From Thermoanaerobaculia bacterium (GTDB lineage: Bacteria; Acidobacteriota; Thermoanaerobaculia; UBA5066; Gp7-AA6): a stretch of 47,646 nucleotides of DNA. Positions within the stretch are counted from its first letter, which is position 1; each line of letters starts with the position of its first letter. The position numbers and the translations under genes were made by a program. The DNA lies in contig JBBQNC010000001.1 of NCBI GenBank assembly GCA_038329555.1, positions 1 to 47,646 of the forward strand, written 5' to 3'. Positions 20,302 to 28,335 of the stretch are shown here, one piece after another. The notes under the pieces were generated by a model. The model was not told the origin of the DNA. It searched no databases and saw only the letters and a program-made list of their open reading frames with translations.

Positions 20302-21519
20302 ATGGCCAGCCGGGCTCGGACCCTCGTGACCTTCGTCTTCGCCGCGGCTCTGAGCGCGGCAGGCGTCGGCGTGGCGGCCCGCGCGGCGGCGGCGGGACCG
20401 GCCACCCTCCTCCCCGCGAAGATCGACACCGTCGCCCGCGCCGTCGAACAGGTGCGCGGGCGGCGTTTCGAGCGCGCCGTTCCGGCGAGCGAAATCGACG
20501 GGTCGGAGCTCAAGCGGGTCCTCCGAACGAAGCTTTTCGAAGGATTCCCCGCCTCGCCGGAAGACACGCTGCGCACGCTCGTCGCCATGGGGTTCATCGA
20601 CGAGACTCCGAACCTGATCGAGCGCCTCCTCGACTTCTACGGCTCCCAGGTGATCGCGTTCTACGACCCCCAGCCGCGCCGGTTCTTCATCGTCAAGGGA
20701 GGGGCCGCGGCGCTGCCCGGGGGCGACGACGAGGGGGCGGGGCTCGGGGGCGAGGCGGCCGAGCGCATGATCTTCGCGCACGAGCTGACCCACGCCCTGC
20801 AGGACGAGACTCTCCGGCTCGACCGCCGCCTCCGTGACCTGAAAGAAAACGGGGACCGCGCGCTCGCTCTCCAGAGCCTGCTCGAAGGCGAAGCGACGCT
20901 CGTGATGGTTCGCGTGGCTTTGAAAGACCTGGCGGGCGGCGAGAGTGCCGAGATCGAGGACACGCTGGCTCCGCTGCTCTCCTCGGGCGCGCTCGAGAGG
21001 GCCAACGTCCCCAAGGACCTTCCGGATTACTTCGTCGACCAGCTCTTCTTCCCCTACGTCGAGGGAACGGCCTACGTGCGCCGGCTCGTCAAGGCGAACG
21101 GTTGGGCGGCCATCGACCGGCTCTGGAAGAACCCTCCCGCGACGACGTCGGAGATCCTCCACGAGGGAACGCCGTTCCCCCCCGCGGAAGACCTACTTCC
21201 CGCTGCGACGGACAGGCTCGCTCCCGCGGGCTATCACCGCCTCTACACCGATACTGTCGGCGAGTGGGGGGTTCGCTTCCTGTTGCGCCGCGGGATGGAG
21301 CCCACGCAGGCCGACCCGATCGCCGCGGGCTGGCGGGGGGACCGCATCGCGTTCTTCGGCTCGGGACGCAACATCGCGTACACGTGGCGGCTCCGATTCG
21401 AGTCGGCGCTCGCGGCGGAACGCTTCGAGAGCGCGTGGAAGCACAGCCGCCACAAGAACGAGTCGGTCGCGCGGAACGGGCGCGACGTGACGGTCGAGTC
21501 GCCCGGCCGCAAGACCTAG
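20302..21519 (+). CDS. Secreted hypothetical protein with HExxH (gluzincin-like) motif
   Basis: Signal peptide (TFVFAAALSAAGVGVAARAAAAG). HELTHALQDE is followed about 31 aa later by LLEGEA. No family that I can name with certainty. Confidence 0.6.
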   Translation: MASRARTLVTFVFAAALSAAGVGVAARAAAAGPATLLPAKIDTVARAVEQVRGRRFERAVPASEIDGSELKRVLRTKLFEGFPASPEDTLRTLVAMGFIDETPNLIERLLDFYGSQVIAFYDPQPRRFFIVKGGAAALPGGDDEGAGLGGEAAERMIFAHELTHALQDETLRLDRRLRDLKENGDRALALQSLLEGEATLVMVRVALKDLAGGESAEIEDTLAPLLSSGALERANVPKDLPDYFVDQLFFPYVEGTAYVRRLVKANGWAAIDRLWKNPPATTSEILHEGTPFPPAEDLLPAATDRLAPAGYHRLYTDTVGEWGVRFLLRRGMEPTQADPIAAGWRGDRIAFFGSGRNIAYTWRLRFESALAAERFESAWKHSRHKNESVARNGRDVTVESPGRKT

Positions 21520-21541
21520 TCCGAGGGCGAGCGGCCGCGAA

Positions 21542-22348
21542 TCAGGTCGCCGCTCCCATCCCCTTCAAGGCGAGCGGAATCAGCACGAACATCTGGATCG
21601 CGTCGAAGGTTCCGTGGGCGACGATGCACGGCAGCACGTTCCCGTAGAGGACGAACGTCGCCGAGAGCACCGCCGAGATGACGAGGATCCCCACGAGCAC
21701 CAGAGGCTGGCCGTAGACGCCGTGAGCGGCCGTGAACATCAGCGTCGCGGCCAGCGGTCCGACGCGCGTCTGCAGGAACGACCGGAAGAAGAGCTCTTCA
21801 ACGACCATCGCGGACAGGACGATCGCGATCCGGACCGCGAGCGGCTGAGAGACGATCCACAGGATCGTGGGATTGATCTCGCGCGGGCCCTCGCCGGCGA
21901 TCCCCTGCCGGCGCAGGATGAACCAGACGAAGACGAGAGACAGGAGCGCCACGATCGTCAGCAGCCATCCGGCGAGCCCGATGAGGACTCCCGAGGCCAG
22001 GTCCGGGACGGGACGCGCGCTCCGGACTTTCAGGAACTCCGCGACGGATTCACGCCGCGAGAGCAGGTAGTAGAGGAAGAGGAAGCCGACCAGGATCAGG
22101 TGCACCGCGAAGAGGGAGACGAGCGTGAGGTTTTTCGTCTCCGGGCGGCCCCCGGCGAGACCTCCCGCGAACGGGATCACGACTGTCAGAAGCAGGACGG
22201 CACCGAGAAGGGTCAGGGCCGCCGCGCGCCGGTTCGGCTCGTCGAAGCCGTCCTGGGCGAGCACCGCCCGGGACCGCGCCCTGGAGAACGAGATGACGAT
22301 CCCCACGCAGCCGATGGCCAGCAGGGTGAGGAACACCGGATTGTTCAT
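21542..22348 (-). CDS. CPBP family intramembrane glutamic endopeptidase (CAAX protease/Abi-like)
   Basis: Internal ATG of ORF 21542-23263 gives a 268-aa polytopic protein with motifs EELFFRSF, FTAAHGV and AHGTFDA. Confidence 0.88.
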   Translation of the reverse strand: MNNPVFLTLLAIGCVGIVISFSRARSRAVLAQDGFDEPNRRAAALTLLGAVLLLTVVIPFAGGLAGGRPETKNLTLVSLFAVHLILVGFLFLYYLLSRRESVAEFLKVRSARPVPDLASGVLIGLAGWLLTIVALLSLVFVWFILRRQGIAGEGPREINPTILWIVSQPLAVRIAIVLSAMVVEELFFRSFLQTRVGPLAATLMFTAAHGVYGQPLVLVGILVISAVLSATFVLYGNVLPCIVAHGTFDAIQMFVLIPLALKGMGAAT

Positions 22349-22387
22349 ATGGACCCGAGACCTCCGCGGGCGGCGGAGCATCATACA

Positions 22388-22555
22388 CACGTCGGCTCCG
22401 CAACGCTGCGGCTCCGCTCCGCCCCCCGCGACCCACGTCGCCTCCGCTCCGCTGTGCTCCGCTCCGGCTCCCGCGCCGAGAGGCTCCTCCCTCGCACGTC
22501 GCCTCCGCTGCGCCGCGCTCCGCTCCGGCTCCCGCGCCGAGAGGCTCCTCCCTCC
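22388..22555. repeat. 61-bp tandem repeat, two near-identical units plus one degenerate unit
   Basis: Units at 22434-22494 and 22495-22555 differ at about 4 of 61 positions (CACGTCGCCTCCGCT...GCTCCGCTCCGGCTCCCGCGCCGAGAGGCTCCTCCCTC). A degenerate 46-nt copy lies at 22388-22433. Located in the divergent CPBP/hydrolase intergenic region. Confidence 0.9.
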
Positions 22556-22580
22556 CTCCGGTCGGGAGACTCCTCTCGGC
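22536..22580. promoter_or_regulatory. Imperfect hairpin built on the last repeat unit
   Basis: GCCGAGAGG...CCTCTCGGC outer 9-bp stem with inner CTCCC/GGGAG pairing. The function is unknown. Confidence 0.5.
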
Positions 22581-22663
22581 GCGAGCTTCTGGATCTGTTT
22601 GGCGGGAGACCGGTTTGCGGGCGATTGGGTCGGAGGGGGTCGGGCCGGAGGTAGGCTCCTGGG

Positions 22664-23728
22664 ATGAAAAGAGCGGTTTTTCTCGGGTTTTTCGTTTGTG
22701 CGCGGGTGTTTGGGGCGGGGGGTCCCGAGCCGGTTTCCGGTGAATTTCGGATTCAGGATTTTCGGTTCGCCGGCGGGCAGGTGTTGCCGGAGCTCTCCAT
22801 CCATTACCGGACACTGGGCAGTCCCCGGCGGGACGCCGCCGGGGTCGTTCGGAATGCCGTGCTCGTCCTGCACGGCACGTCCGGGTCGGGGCGGCAGTTT
22901 CTGAGTCCGACGTTCGCCGGCGTGCTGTTTGGTCCCGGGCAGCTTCTCGACGCCTCGAAGTACTACCTGATCCTTCCCGACGGGATCGGCCACGGGGAGT
23001 CGAGCCGTCCGAGCCAGGGGCTTCACGCCCGGTTTCCCGCCTATACCTACGACGACATGGTCGCCGCCGAGCACGCGCTCGTCGCGCGGGGTCTCGGCGT
23101 CGACCATCTCCGGCTCATCATCGGGACGTCGATGGGAGGGATGCACGCCTGGCTGTGGGGCGAAAAGCACCCCGGCTTCATGGACGGGATCGTGCCGCTC
23201 GCCTCTGTTCCCGTCGCGATCGCCGGCCGCAATCGCGCGATGCGGCGGATGATCGTCGACCACATCCGCAGGGATCCGGAATGGAAGGACGGCGAGTATC
23301 GGTCGCAGCCGCGCGGCCTCTCATCGGCCGTGCAGATCCTCCTGGTGATGGTGTCGAGCCCCCTCGTGTGGCATACCGCAGCGCCGACGCGCGATGCGGC
23401 GGACCGGTACCTCGAGGAGCAGATGCAGACGCGTCTTTCGGGCCTCGACGCGAACGACTTCCTCTATGCGTTCGAGGCCTCGCGCGACTACGACCCTTCG
23501 CCGGCGCTCGAGAAGATCGAAGCGCCAGTCCTCGCGATCAACTCCGCCGACGACGTCGTCAACCCGCCCGAGCTCGGCCTGATGGAACGTTGCATGCTCC
23601 GCGTGCGGCGCGGCACGTACGTCCTCCTCCCGACGAGCTCCGAGACGCGAGGCCACGGGACGCACAGCCGCCCTGCCGTGTGGGGAGACCTCCTGCGAAA
23701 GTTCCTGGAGGCGCTGCCGGAGAGGTGA
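22664..23728 (+). CDS. Alpha/beta hydrolase, homoserine O-acetyltransferase (MetX)-like family, with N-terminal signal-like segment
   Basis: 354 aa. Nucleophile elbow GTSMGGMH and the pattern LHGTSGSG...HGESS...INSADDVVNPPE...GHGTH. Confidence 0.85.
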   Translation: MKRAVFLGFFVCARVFGAGGPEPVSGEFRIQDFRFAGGQVLPELSIHYRTLGSPRRDAAGVVRNAVLVLHGTSGSGRQFLSPTFAGVLFGPGQLLDASKYYLILPDGIGHGESSRPSQGLHARFPAYTYDDMVAAEHALVARGLGVDHLRLIIGTSMGGMHAWLWGEKHPGFMDGIVPLASVPVAIAGRNRAMRRMIVDHIRRDPEWKDGEYRSQPRGLSSAVQILLVMVSSPLVWHTAAPTRDAADRYLEEQMQTRLSGLDANDFLYAFEASRDYDPSPALEKIEAPVLAINSADDVVNPPELGLMERCMLRVRRGTYVLLPTSSETRGHGTHSRPAVWGDLLRKFLEALPER

Positions 23729-23770
23729 CGGGATCGCGGCAAAACCCCCGGAAACGAGGTCGCCCCCGGA

Positions 23771-23810
23771 AAGCCGAGCCCCCGCCGAAAAAGCCGAGCC
23801 CCCGCCGAAG
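23771..23810. repeat. 20-nt direct tandem repeat (AAGCCGAGCCCCCGCCGAAA)x2
   Basis: Read directly. Preceded by two CCCCCGGAAA motifs. Lies in the convergent spacer between the hydrolase and the small minus-strand ORF. Confidence 0.85.
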
Positions 23811-23815
23811 AGGAG

Positions 23816-24010
23816 CTAGGGAGCGCTCCAGCGGCCGAGGAACCTGGCGTGCGACGTGATCCGGATCATCTCGGAGCGGACGACGACGACCGGCCGGCCG
23901 TGGCGCCGCTCGAAGTCCCGGTTCTCGGATTCGGGCAGCTCGGGCGGCGGCTGCGGCGGCGGCGCGAGCGGAACCGCGGGACGATTCTCTTTTCCGGGAC
24001 GATCCAACAT
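23816..24010 (-). CDS. Hypothetical small protein (64 aa)
   Basis: ATG at 24010 is preceded by AGGAGG with an 8-nt spacer on the minus strand. Third codon positions are G/C-rich like neighbouring genes. Product MLDRPGKENRPAVPLAPPPQPPPELPESENRDFERRHGRPVVVVRSEMIRITSHARFLGRWSAP has no family that I recognise. Confidence 0.5.
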   Translation of the reverse strand: MLDRPGKENRPAVPLAPPPQPPPELPESENRDFERRHGRPVVVVRSEMIRITSHARFLGRWSAP

Positions 24011-24205
24011 GGCCGGGACCTCCTGAAACCACCCTGAATTCTTCGGAGCATGGATCGCGATTCGGAGCGACGCCTCTCGAGCAAGCAAAACACGGGCCGG
24101 GCGACGCAGCATCTCGAGCGCGGGCTCGGCCGGACGGTCTACGATAGCGCGGGCCGGCGCATCGGAACGGCTGGAAGAAGTGCTCGCCGAGCGCGAGGAG
24201 GACGG

Positions 24206-25237
24206 GTGGTTCGTCGCCAACTGCCAAATCGGAGCGGCCGTCCTGCTGGAGCGGCGAGTCTCGCCGCGGCAGCTGCTGCACTGTCTGCGGTCCTGTTCTC
24301 CCCCTCCGGATCGGCTTCGGCCACTCCGACGCGGCCGGAGCGCGTCTGGGTCACCAACGAGCGCTCCGAAAGCGTCACCGTGATCGATCCCGTACGAGCG
24401 GAGGCGGTCGCGACGATCGAAGTCGGCGGACGCGCACGCGGCATTCAGCCCTCCCCCGACGGCCGGACGCTCTATGTGGCGATCAGCGCCCGCCAGGGCG
24501 TCGGCCAGAACGCGATCGTCTGCATCGACGCGGAAACAGGCCGGGCCGTGCGGCGGCTCCCGTCGGGACCGGATCCCGAGCAGCTGGCCGTCTCGCCCGA
24601 CGGGCGCACGCTCTGGATCTCGAACGAAGACAGCTCGCGCGCCTCCGCGATCGACGCTGTCTCGGGCCGCCTTTTGGTGAGCTTGCCCGTCGGGGAGGAG
24701 CCCGAAGGCGTGGCCGCCTCCCCGGACGGCCGGTGGGTCGCCGTGACCTCGGAGCACACGAGCACGATCTCGATTCTGGACGCGCGGCGGCGGCGGGCAG
24801 CGCGGCGGCTCTTCGCGGATGCGCGCCCCCGATCCGTACAGTTCAGCCGGGACTCCGGCACGCTCTACGCGACCGCCGAGATCGGAGGCAGCCTCTCGGC
24901 CTGGAACACGCGGAGCTGGAAGCCGCTGTGGCGGCTGACGCTTCCCGGGCCGGTGAAGGCCGTCGGCCTCGCGGTGTCCGCCGACGGCCGGCGTGTCTTC
25001 GTCACCACGAGCCACGCGAACGGCGTGGACGTCGTGGACACGGCGACCCATGCGGTCGCGGCGAACATCCCGGTCGGCCGGCGCCCCTGGGGCATCGTCC
25101 TGTCCTCCGACGGACGATTTCTCTACACGGCGAACGGCGTCTCGGGGGACGTCTCGATCGTGGACGTCGCCGCCGGCCGCGTCGTCGCCACCGTCAAGGC
25201 GGGCGACGGGCCGTGGGGAGTCGCCGTCGCGCGATGA
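24206..25237 (+). CDS. YVTN-family beta-propeller repeat protein (secreted)
   Basis: Repeats of the type VWVTNERSESVTVID, LYVAIS, LWISNEDSSRASAID, VAVTSEHTSTISILD, LYTANGVSGDVSIVD. GTG 24206 lies 4 nt after AGGAGG and gives a signal peptide (RRQLPNRSGRPAGAASLAAAAAALSAVLFSPSGSASA). The ATG at 24050 is the alternative start. Confidence 0.82.
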   Translation: MVRRQLPNRSGRPAGAASLAAAAAALSAVLFSPSGSASATPTRPERVWVTNERSESVTVIDPVRAEAVATIEVGGRARGIQPSPDGRTLYVAISARQGVGQNAIVCIDAETGRAVRRLPSGPDPEQLAVSPDGRTLWISNEDSSRASAIDAVSGRLLVSLPVGEEPEGVAASPDGRWVAVTSEHTSTISILDARRRRAARRLFADARPRSVQFSRDSGTLYATAEIGGSLSAWNTRSWKPLWRLTLPGPVKAVGLAVSADGRRVFVTTSHANGVDVVDTATHAVAANIPVGRRPWGIVLSSDGRFLYTANGVSGDVSIVDVAAGRVVATVKAGDGPWGVAVAR

Positions 25238-27492
25238 GGATTGCCGCGGGCGTCGCTTTCTTCCTGGCTCTCGCTGGTCCGCTGTCGGGCTCCGTCTCCG
25301 GCGTCGTCCGCGGCCCTCGAGGCGAGGCGATCCGGGGCGCGACGGTCCGCCTTCAGGAAACCGAAGCCGGAGCCGGAGCCGGCCCTGCGCAGCGAGCCTC
25401 CACGGATCGGGCGGGCCGATTCGCGTTCCCCTCCGCGGCGGCCGGCGACGCGACGCTGCGCGTCGAGGCGCCCGGGTACCTCCCGTGGGAGCGGTCGTTG
25501 AGATTCGCCGAGGCGTCCGGCGAGATCGCCGTCACTCTGTCGGCGGCTCGCGCGTCGGAAGAGGTGACCGTCACGGCGGCCCGCATTCCCCGGACGATCG
25601 GCGAAACGCCCGCGAGCGTCGTGGTTCTGGACGGCGCGGACCTCGCCGTCACCGCCGCGCCGGCCGCGGACGACGCGTTGCGCCAGGTTCCGGGGTTCCA
25701 GCTGTTCCGAAGATCGGGCAGCCGGACCGCCAACCCGACGACGCAGGGGGTCTCGCTTCGGGGCATCGGGGCGAGCGGCACGGCGCGCACCGCGGTCCTC
25801 GCGGACGGGATCCCCTTGAACGAGCCCTTCGGCGGCTGGATCTACTGGGGTCGGGTTCCGCTCCTCTCCCTCGACCGCGCGGAGGTCGTGCGCGGCGCCG
25901 CCTCGGACCTCTACGGGAGCGCGGCCCTGGGCGGGGTCGTCGAGCTCGTCCGCCGGCGTCCGGAAGGCCCGGCCGGCGCCTCCGCGGACCTCTCGTGGGC
26001 CTCGCGCCGGAGCCGCGACGCCTCCGCCTTCGGATCGGCTCGAACGGGAGATCTCGGGGCGGCGTTTTCGGCCGACGTCTTCTCGACGCCGGGTTACGTT
26101 CCGACGGCGCCCTCCGAGCGCGGTCCCGTCGACGCCGACGCCGGCTCTCGTCACACGGCCGCCGATCTCACGCTCGAGCGGCGCGACGACGGGTCCCGTC
26201 TCTTTCTCCGCGGCACGCTCTACGATGAATCCCGCGACAACGGCACGCGCCTCCAGACGAACGACGTGCGTCTCGGCGAGGCCGCCGCGGGGGCCGAATG
26301 GAACGCCGGCCCCGCCAGCCTGAGCCTTCGCGGCTACGGCACGGGAGAGCGCTTCCATCAGACGTTCACCGCCATCGCGGCGGATCGCTCGTCCGAGCGA
26401 GTCACCCGCCTCCAGACGGTGCCGGCCGACGCCGAAGGCCTGGTGGCGCAGGCGGCGGCCTCGTTCGGGCGTCACGCCCTCGTCGCCGGCGCCGAGGCGC
26501 GGCGCGTCCACGGCGAGAGCCGCGAGGAAATCCCCGGTGCTTCGCCCTCGACCATGACCGCTGGCGGGCGGCAGACGATCGGCGGCTTCTTCGTCGCGGA
26601 CACCTTTTCCGCCGGCGCCGCCTGGACCTGGACGGCGGCGGTGCGGGCGGATCTCTGGCGCAACGCGGACGGCCGCTCGGCGACACGAGGACCCGGCGGG
26701 CTCGCCGTCGTCCGCTTCCCGAACCGCTCCGAGACGGCGTGTAGCCCCAGGCTCTCGACGGTCGTCCGGGCGACCGACGCCGTGTCGCTCTCCGCCTCCG
26801 CGTACAGCTCTTTCCGCGCGCCCACCCTGAACGAGCTCTACCGCTCCTTTCGGGTCGGCAACGTCGTGACCACGGCGAACGAAGCGCTCCGCGCCGAGCG
26901 GCTGACGGGCGGGGAGATCGGCGCCTCCTTCGCGCCCGCGGCCCTTCCTGTCCGCGCCCGGACGACGCTCTTCTGGACGGAGATCGAAGACGCGATCGCC
27001 AACAGAACGCTCTCGGCGACTCCGACCCTCGTCACCCGCCGCCGGGAGAACCTCGGCACGACACGGTCGCGCGGGGTCGAGGTCGAGGTCGACGTTCGCG
27101 CCGGGAGCTGGAAGGTCACGGGCGGATACCTCTATGCGGACTCGGTCGTTCTGTCGAATCCCGCTGCCTCCGAGCTCTCCGGCCTGCGCATCCCCCAGGT
27201 CCCACGGCACCAGGCGACCCTCCAGGCCGCCTTCCGCCGCGGAGTGTTCGCCGCCGCGGTGCAGGCGCGCGCGGGCGGCGCGCAGTTCGAAGACGATCAG
27301 AACAGTCTTCCGCTTCGCTCCTTCTTCACCGCCGACGCGTTCCTCTCGGTGGCGCTCGGGGATTATTTCGAGCCCTACCTCGCCGTCGAGAATCTGACCG
27401 ACGCGCGCATCGAGATCGGCCGAACGCCGGCCACGACCCTCGCGGCGCCGCGCGAGGTGCGCGTCGGGCTGCGGATCCGGGTCGGACGCTGA
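25234..27492 (+). CDS. TonB-dependent receptor with N-terminal carboxypeptidase-regulatory-like domain
   Basis: The ATG overlaps the propeller stop (ATGA). Signal peptide, then SGVVRGPRGEAIRGATVRL (CarboxypepD_reg-like), plug region (VTVTAARIPR...PASVVVLDGADL...ALRQVPGF) and a long beta-barrel. Confidence 0.88.
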   Translation: MRIAAGVAFFLALAGPLSGSVSGVVRGPRGEAIRGATVRLQETEAGAGAGPAQRASTDRAGRFAFPSAAAGDATLRVEAPGYLPWERSLRFAEASGEIAVTLSAARASEEVTVTAARIPRTIGETPASVVVLDGADLAVTAAPAADDALRQVPGFQLFRRSGSRTANPTTQGVSLRGIGASGTARTAVLADGIPLNEPFGGWIYWGRVPLLSLDRAEVVRGAASDLYGSAALGGVVELVRRRPEGPAGASADLSWASRRSRDASAFGSARTGDLGAAFSADVFSTPGYVPTAPSERGPVDADAGSRHTAADLTLERRDDGSRLFLRGTLYDESRDNGTRLQTNDVRLGEAAAGAEWNAGPASLSLRGYGTGERFHQTFTAIAADRSSERVTRLQTVPADAEGLVAQAAASFGRHALVAGAEARRVHGESREEIPGASPSTMTAGGRQTIGGFFVADTFSAGAAWTWTAAVRADLWRNADGRSATRGPGGLAVVRFPNRSETACSPRLSTVVRATDAVSLSASAYSSFRAPTLNELYRSFRVGNVVTTANEALRAERLTGGEIGASFAPAALPVRARTTLFWTEIEDAIANRTLSATPTLVTRRRENLGTTRSRGVEVEVDVRAGSWKVTGGYLYADSVVLSNPAASELSGLRIPQVPRHQATLQAAFRRGVFAAAVQARAGGAQFEDDQNSLPLRSFFTADAFLSVALGDYFEPYLAVENLTDARIEIGRTPATTLAAPREVRVGLRIRVGR

Positions 27493-27560
27493 CGAAGCGC
27501 TTCCAAGCCGGCGAGCCGGAGCAATCCCGCGGCGCGGCTCTCGTTCGGCCGTTCTCGGTT

Positions 27561-28220
27561 GTGGTTTATCGTCCCGTCATGAGCGTCATCGCATCCGAGA
27601 CCGCGCGGGAGACGACCCGCGCCTTCTGGGCGCGAAGGATTTTTTCCTTCATGGGAATCGGCCCCCTGGCCGTCTATGTCGTCTGGCACCTCCTGAACAA
27701 CATCCAGGCAATTCACGGCGCGGCCGCCTTCGACGCGCGGCTCGCCGAAGCGACGGGCTCCCCGGTCTACCGGCCGGCGATCTGGCTGTTCGTCTATGTG
27801 CCGTTCGCCGTGCACGCCGTCGTAGGACTCGTCATCACGGCGCGGTCGCGTCCCAACGTCCTCCGGCTTCCGACCCTCCGTAACTGGAAGTACGTTCTTC
27901 AGCGCGTCAGCGCGATCGGGGTCCTTCTCTTCGTCCCGGCCCACGTGTACAAGACGAAGATCGAGCCGTGGCGGGAGGGATTCCCGATCGACTTCCGTCA
28001 CATGCACGAGGGGATGGTCGAGCCGCTGACCTTCGCCGTCTACGTACTCGGTATGCTCGGGGTTTGTTTCCATCTCGCGAACGGCCTCTGGCTGGCCGGC
28101 ATCACCTGGGGCCTCTTCGTCGGTCCGAACGGCCAGCGGCGCGGCGAAATCGCCTCGTTCCTCTTCGGCATCCTGCTGCTCCTGTTGTCGTTTGGCGCGA
28201 TCTTCGCGCTCCGAAGCTAG
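27561..28220 (+). CDS. Succinate dehydrogenase/fumarate reductase cytochrome b558-family subunit homologue (SdhC type B-like), orphan
   Basis: Five predicted TM helices. Four His in SdhC-like contexts (VVWHLLNN, FAVHAVVG, RNWKYVLQRVSAIGVLLFVPAHVY, CFHLANGLW) align by eye with B. subtilis SdhC. The start is GTG 27561 or ATG 27579. Confidence 0.75.
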   Translation: MVYRPVMSVIASETARETTRAFWARRIFSFMGIGPLAVYVVWHLLNNIQAIHGAAAFDARLAEATGSPVYRPAIWLFVYVPFAVHAVVGLVITARSRPNVLRLPTLRNWKYVLQRVSAIGVLLFVPAHVYKTKIEPWREGFPIDFRHMHEGMVEPLTFAVYVLGMLGVCFHLANGLWLAGITWGLFVGPNGQRRGEIASFLFGILLLLLSFGAIFALRS

Positions 28221-28335
28221 CGGGCGACCCGGGCATGGATCCTGCTCTTCGGGAAGACGACGTGTCCGGCCTCCACTGCCTCGCCCCGGGTGGTTCGTTC
28301 CCGCGGCGCCCCGCACGGGCGGGAGCGTTCGCGTC

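Noticed and set aside
24050-24205. ATG 24050 as the start of the beta-propeller gene.
   Set aside because: It would add about 52 Arg-rich residues before the signal peptide. GTG 24206 has an adjacent AGGAGG. It is kept only as an alternative.
23816-25051. 411-aa minus-strand ORF.
   Set aside because: Most of it is antisense to the YVTN propeller gene. Only the last 64 codons, which have their own AGGAGG and ATG, were kept as a tentative CDS.
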